Positions 12,779 to 26,030 are shown, counted from the first letter of the stretch. The stretch: 64,000 bases of DNA from the human T2T-CHM13v2.0 reference genome, Homo sapiens (GCA_009914755.4 CP068257.2:25312001-25376000), one strand, 5' to 3'. Notes: generated by a model from the sequence alone, not told the origin. Program-made: numbers and translations.

Positions 12779-13015
12779 AGTGCGCTGCCCGCGGGGAGGG
12801 GCTGCGCGACTGGGACTTTATGGGTATTTGTTATTTGCTATGAAGTTAACGGGGCGGGGGATGGGGACACACACACACTTGCTTGCAGGATTGAGTCAAG
12901 TGTCGGAGGGAGGGGGGCCCGGCAGCAGCGCCAGCCTGTCCGGGCTGCGGTGCCAGCGTGCGAACTTTTCTTTGTTGCTTGGGAAAATGTTTGGATTCGT
13001 GCTCCAGAAAGAGGT

Positions 13016-13033
13016 GGGGGGGGGGGGGGGGGG
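13016..13033. repeat. (G)18 mononucleotide tract, i.e. (C)18 on the ADAMTS5 sense strand, within the 5' flank/UTR.
   Basis: Read directly: gaggt followed by 18 G, then aagaaaagatt(a)11. Confidence 0.9.
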
Positions 13034-13757
13034 AAGAAAAGATTAAAAAAAAAAAGTCGGATAGTGGAGATTCAGCAAATACGGGAAAAGGAAAAAAACA
13101 AAAACCAAAAAACCACCAAATGCAGGCACGATCGCTGTTTCAAGAAAAGTAAGGAAAGGTACCGCGCACCGGGCTGGCAACTGGTGCGCGCAGCCTCCCG
13201 CCCCCGCGCTGCGCTGGACAAGCCGGCTGTGGAGGTTCCAAGCTCCGGGGCCCACTTCCTTTCTTATTTTGTGGGTTTCCTTGGCTCTGCTGGGACCAGG
13301 AGGAAGGGAAGAAAGAGAGGGGAAAAAGCCGTAAAAATTAAAACAAAAATGCAGGGGGGCAGCCTGAGGCGAGCTGGTGAAGCGGCGTGTCTGTGTCCCT
13401 TCGGCTGCGGTCTCCTCCTGCCCGCCGTCATCCCCAGTCGGCAGCTGCGAGCGCCGAGAGCAGCGCGAGCGCTGTGAAGATGCGAGGAGGTGGAACAATG
13501 AATTTATAGCGGCATGCCATCCTGCAATGGCAATTTCAACAGTTCGTCACTGCACGCTGCCTCTTAAAGGGAGAGCTTCCCCCACCACTCCCACCCTTCC
13601 CAGTCCGCGCCTAATCAGATGGGGGAGGGCAAAAGAGGAGGGTGATCGAGGAAAGGGAGACGAAGTAGGAGGAAGGGACTGGGACCCGGCGAGGTGGTAG
13701 GAGGGGAGAGGGGAAAATAAAAAGTAATGGGGCAAGAAAAACAGATTTCCTTGGCCA

Positions 13758-13808
13758 CTTTTAAAGCCACAGCGGCTCCGGGTCTGCCTGATATTTCACA
13801 ACCAATTG
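13758..13808 (-). promoter_or_regulatory. Candidate core-promoter pair: palindromic CCAAT box (ccaattgg, 13801-13808) about 40 bp upstream (minus-strand sense) of a TATA-like TTTAAAAG (13758-13765).
   Basis: The plus strand reads ttttaaagccacagcggctccgggtctgcctgatatttcacaaccaattgggg. The spacing and order are those of a CCAAT/TATA promoter for minus-strand transcription. This is a motif match only. Confidence 0.25.
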
Positions 13809-16800
13809 GGGTTGGCTAACCTTGGCTTACCTCATCTCCTGAACGGGTGTTTTGGTTAAAGTTATTGAGACGTTTCAAGTCTCTCCCTGCCTCCTTCTTG
13901 CCTGCTTTTCTCGCCCTCGGTGGGAAGTTCCTGCCGCAAGTTTTTCCCCTTTGCACACCCGTGCGCTCTGGCCTCGCAGACCGTGCAACTCCATCCACCA
14001 GCCAGAGCTTTTCAGCTTCCCGTGCGTCCCCTAACCACCGCGTTCCCTTCGCTTCCTCCCCTCCGTCCCGGCACCCGGTTTCCTCCCTCCCCATTCTCCA
14101 GCCTCTTGATGCTTTGACGCTCGCCGGATTCGGGCTCCGGGTGACTAACTTCTCCCGGCCACCAGCAGAGCGGCTGGACAGCCAGAGAGCCCAGGGCGCT
14201 TCCTGGCGCGCTGCGGTACCCCGGGGCGAGAACGCCCGCCGCTTGGGAACTCCGCAGCTTTGTCTGCGAACGGCGGGCTCCCAGCTTTCTCCAGCACGCC
14301 TTTCGTCAGGGTCCACAATCTGTCCCTTACTCCCAGCCCACTGGAACTTCCTTTGCTCTAAAAAGGCAGAGCGAGAAAGAGTTAACTCTTAGAGGGAATT
14401 CCGCTCATTTTTTTTCCCTGAAAGATTTTAAAATTTTGCGCTCATACTTTTATTTTTTGCTTAAATGATACTTTAATAATAAATTCCTATATCTGTTTTT
14501 GTCTCTTCTAAAGCAACCACTTATCGCCATAGGCCTTGACCTACCTTCATTCTCAGAAATTCCTTTTAGAAGAAAAAGAATACTTTTGGCGGAAGGAAGA
14601 TTGGTGCTTATTAGTACGCGGGTGACATTATCACTGCTACTCGTTTCCTCTGACCTCTTTGTTTCCTCTAATTATCATTCTAAGAAGGGAGAAGGAAAAC
14701 CCGACGACTTATGGTTAGAAGGTCTACCTTCTACTGTAGGGGTAAGAGCTCCCTCCATGCCCAAATTATTCTTCAGGCTAATTAACTAATGCACCAGTGA
14801 AAAATGAATGTGGTGTAATTTGTACATTTCCATCTTTTTCTACGTATAACTTTGGCTACGCTGGGGATAGCAGGGCGGGTGCCTTAATGGGGCCCCAAGC
14901 TGATCGCTTTCTCTGGGAGGGAACCATGAGGGTCCAGAGCTTGATGGAGGTTCTTAGAGTGGCAATAATCCTCTGGAAGGAATTTCAGAATTGCCCGGCA
15001 ACAATACCCATTGCCGTGTGCCTGGGAACACCCTCTGGAGTCTTGTGAGGGGCAGATGTATCATCTTGTTTTAACTTATAAATAAAGAAATCACTGGGGC
15101 CTTAGGGACACCCAACAGCCCCTGATAGATTCTGAAATACATCAGGACCAGGGAGGAAGTTACTATTGCTGAAGGCCATTGCTTTATAATTCCACAATGC
15201 CTCAGCCTCTCAGTGGCCAGTTGCCCCAGGCCAATGCTAACAGCTGGATGGGTCAGAATAGGAGGTTCCAGCCATTTTCTCTATCCCACCAAGGCCTTTG
15301 AGCCTTGCATTAGCCGTTCTCTTTTGTGGTCCTTGCTTTGCACCTACAAATAGCAAACTTTTATCTTTTTAACCAGTTACAGTGAAAAGGAGTCCAATAT
15401 TTGGCACTAAACACCATTTCTAATACAACCTTGATTCAATAAATTTAACAATTTTGTCATTGTTCATGCCAAAGAATCATTTTAATAGGCATTTTAGGTG
15501 ACAGTGGTTAAAATTTGTTAATTACAATTATTTTCATTCACAGATAGATTTTGTTATTTAGGATTTCAGGAAATTCCAACAGATTCTCTTTTCTTTGATG
15601 GTCTTGAACTCATAACCTCCAGGGATTCTCCCACCTGATGAGACACAGTGACGGCTTGAATTTTCTTCTTAATGAAGCTTTTCTCCTCTTTCACAAACAC
15701 CGTGCTGAATCCTGAATCTGAATATTATGCCTTTAAGTTTAATTATATAGTGACATTTGTACTCAGTTTATTCAAATATTTAAAAATACATGGGGAGAAC
15801 AGGATAGACACAGATAAAGTTCCAAACATGAATATCAAGCACAGAATATTTACTAGAGGTATATATTCACAAGGAAATAAATACTAAATCTTATGAATAC
15901 AATGAATAAATTCTTACATCTCAGAAAATTTCTACTTCGATATAATTTTTTTTTTAGAAAGTAACTTGGACACTTTAGAAACTTCATTTGGTAGTATTTT
16001 TAAAACATTACACTAGTGGATTAGGATGAGCTGCTACGTTGTGGAAAAAATTACTATCTGTCACTCTAAGGAAGTAATTTGCACTGGATAAAAGTAGCTG
16101 AACTTTTTATTTTTACAGTAGAAAGGAAAAATATATTAGCAATCATGTTTAAGCAGAATAACTGCTACTCATTCAAAGTAACAGTTTTATTTGTGCACAT
16201 TTAATGAGAAATTTCCACTGAATTTATAGAGTATATGATCACAAATACCATGATAGATGATTTTACATTTCCCAAAAGGAAGAAGGACTTACTACTCCAG
16301 AATGTTATAATTTATCTTGGAGATCAGGTAGGGCAACTTTCTCCATCTAACTGTGAAAAGCTGAGACCCAGAGGCCAAAATGGCTTGCCTGTGGATAAAA
16401 AAGTCCACTAGTGGCCGAATGTCCTGAAACCTAAATCTCCCAGCTCCTAATTTGGGCTCATTCTACAACACTTCTTACAATGTATCCAGTTTAACAAATA
16501 TCTATCAAGGTCCTACTGCAAAGTGCTTTATGAGGCTCTCTGGAGGCATGAGAAGATGAACAAGTCATGAGTAATGTCTGGAGGAAACTCACAGTTTAGA
16601 GATGGAGCCGTTTGTATAATAGATGCACAGAATACAAACTGGAAAATACAAATATAGAGGGGGAGAAAGCAAGAGAATTACTCCTGCAGGTGCTCTGAGC
16701 CCTGTATTTCCAATATAGCTCCACTCCATAATTTGTATACTCTTTTAAGTAGCATTTTCTCAAATTTCCATTTGCTAAAGTGTCATTTCCTACCCCCCAC

Positions 16801-19800
16801 CCCAAACTATGATTTTAATGGTAAGAGTGAGGAAATATCTGACAGTAAAATATTCCCTTCCGGCCAAACACCTGCTCCTTACCTCCCATGTAGAAGAATT
16901 ACAGTCTTTCAACTCTGCGTTTTTCTTTCCCACATCAAGATCCCTACCCTAGGCCTGCTGAATTGGAAACCCTTTTAGTATCGGCACCCTTGGTGGTAGC
17001 AGGGTGTGTGGATTCTATGGGTAAGATCTCCACTACTAAGCTCCACTACTGCGTGGGACCATGAATGAATGCCTTAAAGACACTGGGTGAGCTTTTCCCT
17101 TTTGTGACACTCGCTTTGCAAATTCTCGTTTTTAGAGGGCTTTGCTTCAAAACCAAAGGTCACACTTTGGGAGTGATTCTAGCTTTGATATGAACTCTTC
17201 ATTTTTAGAGGGTGAAACTACACTTAAATAGTCCTTCTTCCCTCCTTCCCCAGCTCTTTTTCCCCCCGTCCATCCCCTCTGATATTTACAATGGCAGAAC
17301 ATGGACCCTGATGCACTAATGCATGTGTACCCAATCTCATATGCATTAGTACACACAGCACATGTCAGCATGCATGTGCCACACACGTACTCACTTGAAC
17401 TCATGTTTCCCTCTAGGCTGTACTGATGGCTTGATAGAAATCCTAATTAGAGCTCAGATAATAGAAGAGGGGATTAAACCAACCATCCTCTGCCTTTACG
17501 AAGAAAACTTTCTAGAGACCTGCATTGTAGAGATTCTTTTATTTTGCCCCTCGGGAAACCTTACTGAATGCCTGATAAAACTCGAAACCATCTTCTCTGC
17601 TATCTGATTAGGACATATTACAAAACAATCTATCTATTGTGATGGATAACATATGCTTTAGAATCTGTTTTACTTAATATTATAGAAAATATATTTCTAG
17701 AAAGCCAGATTTTCATTTTTTATACACAGTAATTTTATACTATATAGAAGTCTTCAAATGAATAATGTACATATGTATTATTTAAGACATACAGGTGTTA
17801 TCTGTAAAGTAAAACCGACAAGTCATTTTTTATGCTGACCAGCTGTGAAATGTTGTTTTAGCTTTTCTCACACAATTATGCACATATTACTTGCTTTTAT
17901 GAGTTACTTGAGTTCTATTTTTCCTTATTTTCCAAAAATCATCAAAAATCAAACCTTACTAGAAACACATGGAAAATCAGGAATTTCCAGCAGAAAGTAA
18001 TTTGAAACATTTGAGGTTTTCTTTCCCTTCCTTCATAATGGCAAATTTCAAGCAAAGTTTTCAAATTACTTAATGAGTAGTAGCTGTAATTGTAGTAGGA
18101 GTTGTTTCTCGGTTCTATAATTATGTATATATATTTTTACAGTTAAGATTGTATCTTAACATCACCTTTCTCAAGCTCTAAAATATTATAGTCTTCCTCA
18201 AAACTATTTGGTCTCTCCATGTTAAATACATTCTTCTGGTAAATAAGGTAAGAACTGGAAGTAAGTTCACATAAAGCTGGTAAATATCAGTTGGTTACAG
18301 TCTCACCCCTGGCAAGTAGGGAAATGGAAACTGTAGCTTCTTGATCAATGTAATTATCTCCTACCCATGATGTTGGGGTCATTGCAAGTTGCTTATGTGG
18401 TCAGTGGAAGAAAATATACAGTTTCTTTTTTCAGACTCTCCATACACTATTACATACCTCTCTCATACACACCTTTCCTAGTCAGGGACTAACAGGTGGA
18501 AGAGCAGTTATCTGTGTTACACTCCTAGACCTGGGTTCAAGTAAATACATTACAGGTTTTTCTCACTTTATTTGACTTAGGAGGTGTTGCTCTTCCTACA
18601 TCTCTGCTTCTTACTCTTTTAAATCAAGCTGGAAAGAGGAAGTGACAATGCACTGTCACTTACTGGCTGAATGATGATTTGATTCTAAGTCCCAGGAAGG
18701 AACCCTCTTCCAGGAACTCACCATCAACTCTCCCCCTTTTCTCCTTCCAGCTGGCCCAACCTGGACCTGTCGGAAACTTCTCCTTCACCACTATGCCCCA
18801 GGGTCCCAAATGCCCCAGGATCCCAAAAAGATTGCCACCTCTGACCTTTGAAAATATGAGCATGTGAGCTTGAGGCAGCAGGAGAAGAGGAAGTGGGCTT
18901 TGACTGATTTACAATTCAGGGAACTAACTCTTGCCCATAGCTTCTAGTGTGGTTCTTTCCAAGAGCCAGACTACCACTTTTGCTCCTCTCTTTTTCTCAT
19001 TTCAGGACCCTCTTCCAATCCATCTATACCCTGTCCGGTTTATGTTAGTGACAAAACAAGACTCCCCCATCCTTCAAGGAGGTGGAGCATCAGAATCTTT
19101 TCAGAATAGGGGTGGAGAGGAAAGGATTCAGTTGTGGTGCCCTCATTTGTGAGACTCGAGCCCTTGTTCAAAATCATCTTCTCAGATAAATCCCCACCAG
19201 ATCTGCCCAGAAAGTTTATCAGACCCTCCATGGCCCATGTCATTTTGGTTCCAAATGTTTCAGGTGACTTTTGAATTGCAACTGAAAAAGTTATTCTGAT
19301 TTTTGACATTATAGAGTTCATTATCGACAGCTGGCTATAAATTACTAAATTTATAATTAACTATATAATCCCTGGCTTGTTTTTTTGCACCTCAAACTCA
19401 CACTTATTTCTGATAAGCCTTAATCAAATAGGCAATTATTTCATTCATCTATTAGCTTAGTAGGTGTCTTCCTTTCTTTAGGAAATTCAGATGAGGAAAA
19501 TGGTGCAGATTGAATCTAAGAAAGGTAGAGGTATTAACATAGGGAAACTAGCCAGTATGACACAGAGAAAGCCTCTTACATATGTTGTATAGCTAAATTC
19601 CAGAGACGTTCCGGAGAATCCATAAATAACTTTAACAAATTGCTGGTTTTCAGAGCATTAAAGAGCAAAGTAACCTGATTAGAGTCTCTGCTAGCTTCCA
19701 GCCAACCAGTTTACCTTCCAGAAAATGCAAAACAGTGTCTTGAGATTATGAGATTTTTTTCCCCTCTTTTCTATCATAAGTTTCATTTTTGCTTTTGATT

Positions 19801-22472
19801 GTTGGCAGTAGTCTGATGGTTGGGTCCCTCCTACATGAGTAAACTTTTTGCATGCTAAGGATAATAATGTCTCAGAATTATTTTTGGCTAACGTCTCTTT
19901 CTTCTTTCCACATTCTTTTCTTTTCTTTCTCTTTTTCTTTCTGTCTTCACCATAGAATGTATGTTCTATGAAACCAGGGACCATGCTTGTCTTCCTCACC
20001 ACGGTATCTCCAGTTTCTAGTTCAGTAACTAGCAAATTGGAGGCATACATGGACACATGTAAAATATGCAAAACACATATGTTAACTATTTTTAAAATTA
20101 TGTATGTGGGTGGTTACTGATATTTTCCTGTTGCTCTTCTTTACCATCCTTGTCTCTGGTAATAAAAACACACCTTTCCAAGGAAAGTCAATCCACATGT
20201 TTGAATAAAGCTGATGGCTTTCCTTCAGATCTGGATACTGGATACCGAGCCTGACAAGTCAGAGTGCCCCATACATCTGGCCAGAGCTGATGGTTCTGGG
20301 AAGAACTCTGCCCACTGGACATTTGCTCAAACCATTAGCTGAAAGCACTTTTCCTCTGGGATCAGACAATCTAAGGATCATGTATTAAGAAGGAAAGTTG
20401 AACTGCTGTAACAAATACCTTTAAATTCTCAGTGGTTTCACATAAAGTGTATTCTTTGCTCCTGTCACTGTCCCCTGTGGGTTGATGGCCAGCACAGTAG
20501 TGATCCATGCAGTAGGAGCTCAAGCTTGCTCTATCCTGTAGTCTTTCCCCTCAACTGCCTCCAAGGCTGATGCAGAAAGAGAAGAAAGAGAGAGAGATAG
20601 TAGAGAAGGCACACTCTCCCTTGCTTGCCTCTTCCTAGAAGTAGCATACTTCTGGTCCATTGGCAGAAATATAGTCCATATGGCAGTAATAGCCCTATGG
20701 CCCCACCCAGATGTAAAGATGGTAGTGGGAAGCTGAAAACTACAAACCAGTAGTGAGCCAAGAAGAAGAAAGAGGGGGAAACATCTAGCCAGTCTCTGCT
20801 GATTGCCATTTTATCTCACAGATCCCACCAAATGGGAAAAGTCTAAGAATGAAGTTGAACAGAGATGAGAAAGGGAGAAGGCAGGAGGAAGTAAAAAAGA
20901 GAGGAGAGAAAAAGGGGAGATAAATCATCACAATCCTCGAATCCAATAATGTTAATAAAATTCTTACTTTTGTTTAAGTAAGTGTAATCAGGGATTTTGT
21001 CACCTAAAACAGAAATAACCTGGTTAACATACTACTTTGTCCTGGCCATGTTATGTCTAGCCCCTAGCTCAGTCCTTTGCATATATATTAGATAATCTAA
21101 GTATTTTTGGTATCAACGAGCATAAGAATGAATACTTAATATTAAGACATTGAGTTAAAACTGTGTATAGTTATTGGTGCGATCGATGTTAACTAACAAG
21201 CTTATCTCTTACATTATTCCTAAAAGTTGTAGTCTCAGGTAACTAATAAGTGTGCAACATTTATTCTATTATTGTAGTTCCTGTTTTTCTGTTCTGTCAC
21301 TTACCTATGAATGTCACTTACCTGCTGGTCTATGTAAAAATTGTCAGTGCCTTTTATCTGGGTGGGTATACTAAATATAAAATGTTTACATTCGTAATTA
21401 ATCAAAACCAAGACTTCCATTGTAATTCTATTATTCTAAGCTTGCCTAGTCTTACTAAATACCGTAATTATCTGTAAAATCCTGGAATGTAAGGACATTA
21501 ACCTTCCTCCAGTGTTTATTCTGAAGAAATGTTTGGCTAGCCTTCCTCATCTCACTGCGTGACCTTGCAGTATAGAAAAATACCAATCATCGTGGCTCTT
21601 AAACAGTTAGAACTAACTGCCTAGCTGAACATCATAACAAAATTCTTCTACCAAACGACAAGGCATGGAAGGAGAACACTCCCCGTGTGCTAACTTTCTT
21701 TATGGTCGAGCACACCCTGCCAAAACAAGCAGCCAAAAGGCCTGACTTTATGTCCTAGCCTAGGCACTGTATGGGATCCTGGGGAAGTTATTTAGATACT
21801 TTGTGTACTTTTTTCCTCATCTGCAAAAGAGTGACAATTATAACACATGCCTCATTGGGTTTTTATGAAGGTTAGCAAGGTTAAGAATTTGAATTGGTGT
21901 GCAATACCTAGTACATGGCAAATAAATAATAAATGTATTATTGTTATTTTAAATTACCCACTATAGCAGTTAAGGGTTTTGTTTTAACTCTTTCATTTTC
22001 ACTTAAATTTTGCCTCAGAGATTACCTCTGACTTTGTTCTGATAGAAGCTTTTGGAAGAGAATCACTAAGGCTGCGAGCAATAAAGAAGTTTAAGACATT
22101 TCAGTTACTAAGGCTGGAGAAAAGTCTGATGCAAATAAGTAGAAAATCCAAAAAGGTGTATAAAGATGCACAACTTCTATGTGGACTACATATAGAGAAG
22201 ACTTTTAAGAAACAGTGCATCCTTTCCATTCATGTCCTTTTGTGTTTATAGTCCCTGATAGTGTTAAAGCCATTTGTGTGCTTATTTTTCTGTTGCTCCT
22301 GTCACATGCCAGGCTGCCATCACACAGAGCATGAGGACTCCATCTACACACATGGCACCTCCGGTGCCTAGCACAACATCGGACTTTACAATTTTTTGAC
22401 AAACATTGGCTTAATTGATTTCAATGAAATCAATCTCATATAGTCCCATAGAGTTTAGGTGAGGAGAGAGAA

Positions 22473-22483
<11 letters not shown>

Positions 22484-22528
<45 letters not shown>

Positions 22529-22790
22529 ATATATACATATATACGTGTATATATATATATACGTGTATATATATACATATATACGTGTATATATATATAC
22601 GTGTATATATATACATATATACATATATACGTGTATATATATACATATATACATATATACGTGTATATATATACATATATACATATATACGTGTATATAT
22701 ATACATATATACATATATACGTGTATATATATACATATATACATATATACGTGTATATATATACATATATACATATATGTATATATATAT
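22484..22790. repeat. Compound VNTR: (TA)n(TG)n followed by about 6 tandem copies of a 30-bp unit, tatatatatacatatatacatatatacgtg.
   Basis: Periodic acgtg every 22-30 bp across 22540-22780. All six-frame ORFs here (22455..22814) are repeat artefacts. Confidence 0.9.
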
Positions 22791-22919
22791 AATTTTAAAA
22801 AATCTTTAAGTTAAAGAAAAAGAATTATAGCTTAAGAAAGTAATCATGACTATCTATAACTTAGTTTAATAGAAACTTTTGTGTTCTAGAGCACCACACC
22901 TCAAAGAAAACTCAGGTAT

Positions 22920-23305
22920 TGATATGGTTTGGCTGTGTCCCCATCCAAATCTCATCTTGAATTGTAATCCGAATTGTAATCCCCATGTGTCGAGGGAGGG
23001 ACTTGGGGGGAGGTGATTGGATCATGGGGCCGTTTCCTTCATGGTGTTCTTTTGATAGTGAGTGAGTTCTCAGAAGATCTGATGGTTTAAAAGTGTGTGA
23101 CTTCCTTTGCTGTTCCTCTCTCCTGCTGCCATGAAAGATGGGCCTTGCTTCAACTTGGGCTTCTTGTGATTGCAAACTTGGGATTGCAAATTTCCTGAGG
23201 TCTCCCCAGCCATGCGGAGCTGTGAGTCAATTAAACCTCTTTCCTTCACAAAATACCCAGTCTCAGGTAATATCTTTATAGCAGTGTGAGAACAGACTAA
23301 TACAG
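22920..23305 (+). mobile_element. Solo MaLR LTR, THE1/MST family (diverged).
   Basis: Starts tgatatggtttggctgtgtcccca...tcatcttgaattgtaatcc and ends ...cagtgtgagaacagactaataca, the hallmark ends of THE1/MST LTRs. Confidence 0.75.
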
Positions 23306-25727
23306 GTAGTTACAAATGGTATTGGTTGCTTTTAACTTGAGGGAAGAATCAATGACTCTCATCTTTCCCATCACATAATGTAATATTTGACCCTTAGGAT
23401 TAGTGTATATGGTATTCACATTTTCAATCTCTGAGAGGTTTCCTGAAGAACTTAGATGGATAGTACATAGCAATTCATAATTTGAAATGTGATCAGCCTA
23501 TGCAGTTGCATGGCATTTCTTGTTCTGCGTTTTGTTGGTTTGTTTGTCTTGGTTTGAATACTCATTGTTACATAGCAAGCAGCTAAGGTAAAGAGATTAA
23601 AGCAAAAGCTGAAGCCACAACTCTGTTTCTTTTAGAGAAATGCTCCTCCTAAAAAGGTTAGCTATTATTGTTGGTGGTGGAAGTGATGAGAACATAAATA
23701 AGTGCAAGACAGTTGTGTTTTAAGACAGAAAGTAGAACAGATAGATTTAAAAAGGGAATTCAGTAATGGCTCAAATCTACCAAGGGAATAATCTCAATTA
23801 TGCTGCCCTCAGGTAGAGGAAAAGGTGGTAGATGAGATAGCCCCTTCCAGGCAGTTCATCCGTTGCAGAATTCACTCATCAATAAATGCTTGGGAGAAGT
23901 TGTAAAATGGTCAAATGTGTTATTACACACAAAACAACACATCTGTGAGTTTCCATTAAAATGAGGTTGAAGAAAGGGAGTCAAGAGTGCAAACATTTCA
24001 ACAAAGCTACAGGTGGTGAAGGCAAGTTGTAGGCAGCTAAACTAGGCACACCTGTAGTAAATGTTGCTTTTAAACTTCCAGAAACATTTTATAGTTTTTG
24101 CCACATGTGAGGTCAACAAATGCATTGTTTGACTTACTGCCCCACTTGTGTTCTCTTGACGGGAAGAAACTCCTAGAAGAGAAATAATATGTTTAATAAA
24201 GAAAATACTGGCCTATGTTAGAAGAAAATACTTTCCCAAATATTCATCCATGAGATGGGTAAGAAAACACGATGATTTAAGGAAGCCAAGGATAAATTGA
24301 CTCATCTACTTTTGTGGCAATGCAGCATATTTTGGGATTAAGACTCACTTGTTTTCCTGTTCTGCCATTTCCCAGTATTAAGGAACTTGAATAGGAACTG
24401 GCTGAATGTTTATTGACATTCCATTAAAAAGAGCATAAGACACAGCCAGATTTTTTTTTCCTTCAAAAATGTCCACAAGTACATTGAGCTAAGGTGGTAT
24501 TTTAAAACGTGGGTTCTCAGTATTTTCTTGACATATCTGTAAGAGTAGGAGAGCGTACTTTCTCTTTCTTTGTATGTCTATTGACCAAGGAAAAACAAAC
24601 TTCCATACTCTAGAAAGCGGTGAATCTCAAATATTTTGGGGCCCTTTTATCCCTTTAAAAATTCTCAAAAACCTACAAAACGTTTGTTTATGTAGGTTAT
24701 ATCTACTAATATTTACCACAATAGAAATTACAACTAAAAAAAGAAATATTTGTTAATAACAATACCACAACTATGATATGCTAACGTAGGTAACATTTTT
24801 ATGATAAGGAATCATATTCTCCAAAACAAAAAAAAATAGTGAAACAAATGGTGTTGTTTTATATATTGACAAGTTTCTTTAAAGAAGATAGCTGGATTCT
24901 AATATCTTGTCCTGTATTTAATCATTTTAACATCACATGTACCCTCCAGGAAACTCCACTGTAATATCTCTGTATTATTATAAGAACTTTTTTTTTTTTT
25001 TTAATCTTGGGGCTTTCCTGAAAAAGCTTCACAAATCTTGCTCTAGAAACTCGCTACTCAAAACCAGCATCTGCATGACCTAGAGCTGGTAAGAAATGCA
25101 AAATCTCAGGTTAGACCCCAGACCTACTGGATTTGCAGTTTCACACAACTTCCAGATAATTATCGTATGCATTAGTAAATAGAAGGATGCTGTTACTTTG
25201 TTTTCATTGCTTACTGACTTCTCCCCAGGGAAAAAGTGGATCAACTTTTTCCACTTCGGTGACATGATTGGTGGAATGAAAAGGTAGACAAATGTTGGCC
25301 TACATTTCCCAGTTGAATGTAATTAATTTGGCAAAAATCACTGGGTGTATGTGGCCTTTTTGTGTGTTGAGGTGGTTGGAGGGTGGGATGGATCCTCTGT
25401 GCTTAAAGTTTCATGTAGCAAACCTGCTAAATGTCGTGCTCTTCCCATAGCAGGTCCCAAGGCTAACCAAGGAAGTCAGAAGGATAGAGAATCAAGTTAA
25501 AGCACCATCCTTCAATTAAGCTTTACCAATTATATTTTGATCTGTATCCTGTTTCTAAGCTGGTTCAGAAAGGGAGAAGACTGTGATAATTTACTATTCC
25601 CACATATCTCTAAACCTAGCAAATGTCTTCCGCACAATGCCTAGCCCAGTCAGTGCATGTACCCATTATGTGTTGCTGCTGCTATTGGATGTAGAAAAAT
25701 AGACTAGAACTTAATATTGGTTCAATT

Positions 25728-26030
25728 ATTCTTTTTCTTTTTTTCTGAGACAAGGTCTCACTCTGTTACTCAGGGTGGTGTGTAGTGGTGCAATTACAGT
25801 TCACTGCAGCTTTGACTCCTGGGCTCAAGCGATCCTCCCACCTTAGCCTACAGAATAGCTGGGACTACAAGCACATGCCACCACATCTGCCTATTTTTTT
25901 TTATTTTGTTGTAGAGATGGGGTCTCATTATGTTGCCCCAGGCTGGTTTGGAACTCCTAGGCTCAAGTGATCTTCCTGCCTTGGACTCCCAAAGTGCTGA
26001 GATTTAGGTGCAAGCCACGGTACCCAGACC
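25728..26030 (-). mobile_element. Alu SINE (older AluJ/S-like), antisense.
   Basis: Poly-T head at 25728-25745, then gagacaaggtctcactctgttactcagg ... cctcccaaagtgctgagatttaggtgcaagccacgg. It has the dimeric Alu structure. Confidence 0.85.

Larger units (their letters stand above)
12779..13900 (-). promoter_or_regulatory. ADAMTS5: ADAMTS5 5'UTR plus proximal promoter. The exact TSS cannot be determined from sequence.
   Basis: This is the region immediately upstream (higher coordinates) of the ATG on the minus strand, inside the CpG island. It contains G-rich/Sp1-like boxes (ggggcggggg at about 12852), a (CA)6 run, a (G)18 tract and an A/T-rich stretch at 13040-13140. It contains no confident ATG-initiated coding. 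Confidence 0.5.
11640..14400. other. ADAMTS5: CpG island (about 2.8 kb) covering ADAMTS5 exon 1 and its 5' flank.
   Basis: CpG dinucleotides are dense and G+C is high throughout (e.g. gcggccgcccgcgtagacgagg, ccgcgcaccgggctgg, cgcgagcgctgtg). Density drops sharply into AT-rich sequence after about 14400. Flanking sequence is CpG-depleted. Confidence 0.8.

Noticed and set aside
12809-12823. TATA-like CATAAAG plus half NF-kB-like GGGACTTT about 35 bp upstream of the ADAMTS5 ATG.
   Set aside because: It is too close to the start codon to be the core promoter, since it would give a 5'UTR of a few nucleotides. The kB motif lacks the 3' half-site. It is a motif-level match only.
12299-13477. A 392-aa plus-strand ORF, with other long plus-strand ORFs at 12549..13046, 13847..14392 and 13816..14316, overlapping the ADAMTS5 exon 1 / CpG island.
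   Set aside because: These are low-complexity Ala/Gly/Arg/Pro-rich translations of GC-rich DNA antisense to a verified exon, where stop codons are depleted by base composition. They show no domain-like sequence and no splice or Kozak support. They are ORF-track artefacts of a CpG island.
22455-22814. Five overlapping ORFs of 93-116 aa (YIYIY..., CVCVCV...) on both strands.
   Set aside because: They lie entirely within the TA/TG/30-bp VNTR. They are repeat translation artefacts.
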